Positions 62,831 to 64,000 of a DNA stretch of 64,000 bases are shown in pieces (position 1 is the stretch's first letter; every line of letters begins with the position of its first letter). Made by a program: the position numbers and the translations under genes. The stretch comes from the human T2T-CHM13v2.0 reference genome, Homo sapiens: the NCBI RefSeq assembly GCF_009914755.1, contig NC_060940.1. One strand, 5' to 3'. Below the pieces are notes generated by a model, which saw only the letters and a program-made list of their open reading frames with translations, ran no database searches and was not told the origin of the DNA.

Positions 62831-63037
62831 CAAGGTTTCTCCACCTTGGTGCTATACACATTGTGAGCTGAATAATTCTCTGTTGCGGGAAGCTGCTCTA
62901 TGCACTGTAGGATGTCAGCAGCATCACTGGCTAATGAGATGCCAGTAGCACTTGTCCACAGCTGTGACAACCAAAAGTGTCTCCAGACATTTCCAAATGT
63001 CCCACGGAGACAAAACTGCCCCCCTTGAGGAATACTG
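62831..63037 (-). mobile_element. MER20
   Basis: gtgacaaccaaaagtgtctccagacatttccaaatgtccc. Confidence 0.85.
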
Positions 63038-63313
63038 CTCTACAGGAAGTGGATTCCCTTCCTAGTCTAATTGGTCACTGTATCCTGGGTGGATGCCACC
63101 TCTTCTGGGAAGACCCCCTGCCTTCCTTATGCAGAATTCACCGCTCCCTTCATTGCCTCGTAAGTGTTTGTTTGCTTATCTGTGTGGTCTGCTAGACTGG
63201 GAGCCCCACAAGGGCCAGCTTCATTCAGATCTGTGTCTGGAGTTGGCACAGAGTGGAAGGTAGTGAACAGAGCAGGAAAGGTTAAACAAAAAAGTGGTTA
63301 AAAAATCAAAAGA

Positions 63314-63620
<307 letters not shown>

Positions 63621-63624
63621 ATCA

Positions 63625-64000
63625 AAACTAAAAAATAATAGATGTTGGCATGGATGTGGTGAAAAGGGAACTCTTTTACATTGTTGGTGGGAATGTAAAC
63701 TAGCATAGCTACTATGGAAAACAGTATGGAGATTCCTTAAAGAGCTAAAAGTAGATCTACCATTCAGTCTAGCAATCCCACTACTGGGTATATACCCAAA
63801 GACAAAGAAGTCGTATGAAAAAGACACACGCACACACATGTCTACAGAAGCACAATTCTCAATTGCAAAAATTATGGAACCAACTCAGATGCCCATCAAC
63901 CAACCAGTGGATAAAGAAAATTTGGTACCCATACACCATGGAATACTACTCAGCCATAAAAGGCAATGAAATAATGGCCTTTGCAGCAACTTGGATGGAC
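63625..64000 (+). mobile_element. L1PB ORF2 3' region, runs off the window
   Basis: tagatgttggcatggatgtggtgaaaaggga...aaagtagatctaccatt...gcctttgcagcaacttggatgg. Confidence 0.88.

Overview
Primate genomic DNA, almost certainly human: it carries an Alu with all five AluYa5 diagnostic changes at 52541-52840. The window is dominated by interspersed repeats: about 25 Alu copies or fragments, L1PA/L1PB/L1M remnants, solo LTRs (MER21, MER39, LTR8, LTR1, LTR47-like, LTR22, MER61, THE1, MST, MLT1), DNA transposons (MER5, MER20, MER33, MER63, MER102), MIR and L2. I can support no protein-coding gene, tRNA, rRNA, CpG-island promoter or CRISPR array. The listed ORFs are Alu read-throughs, broken L1 ORF2 pieces or chance frames, so the region looks intergenic or deep intronic. 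I could not identify the locus. I did not find a new multi-gene system. The best unexplained signal is a 98-bp near-perfect hairpin at 26637-26734 in sequence I cannot assign to a repeat. Other points of interest are a precisely 5'-inverted (twin-primed) L1 with an internal 56-bp duplication, an Alu inserted antisense into another Alu, two diverged local duplications, a 165-bp internally deleted MER61 LTR, and motif-dense unique islands that could be enhancers. Repeat family names come from my memory of consensus sequences and need Dfam/RepeatMasker confirmation. Boundaries without a stated target-site duplication (TSD) are approximate.
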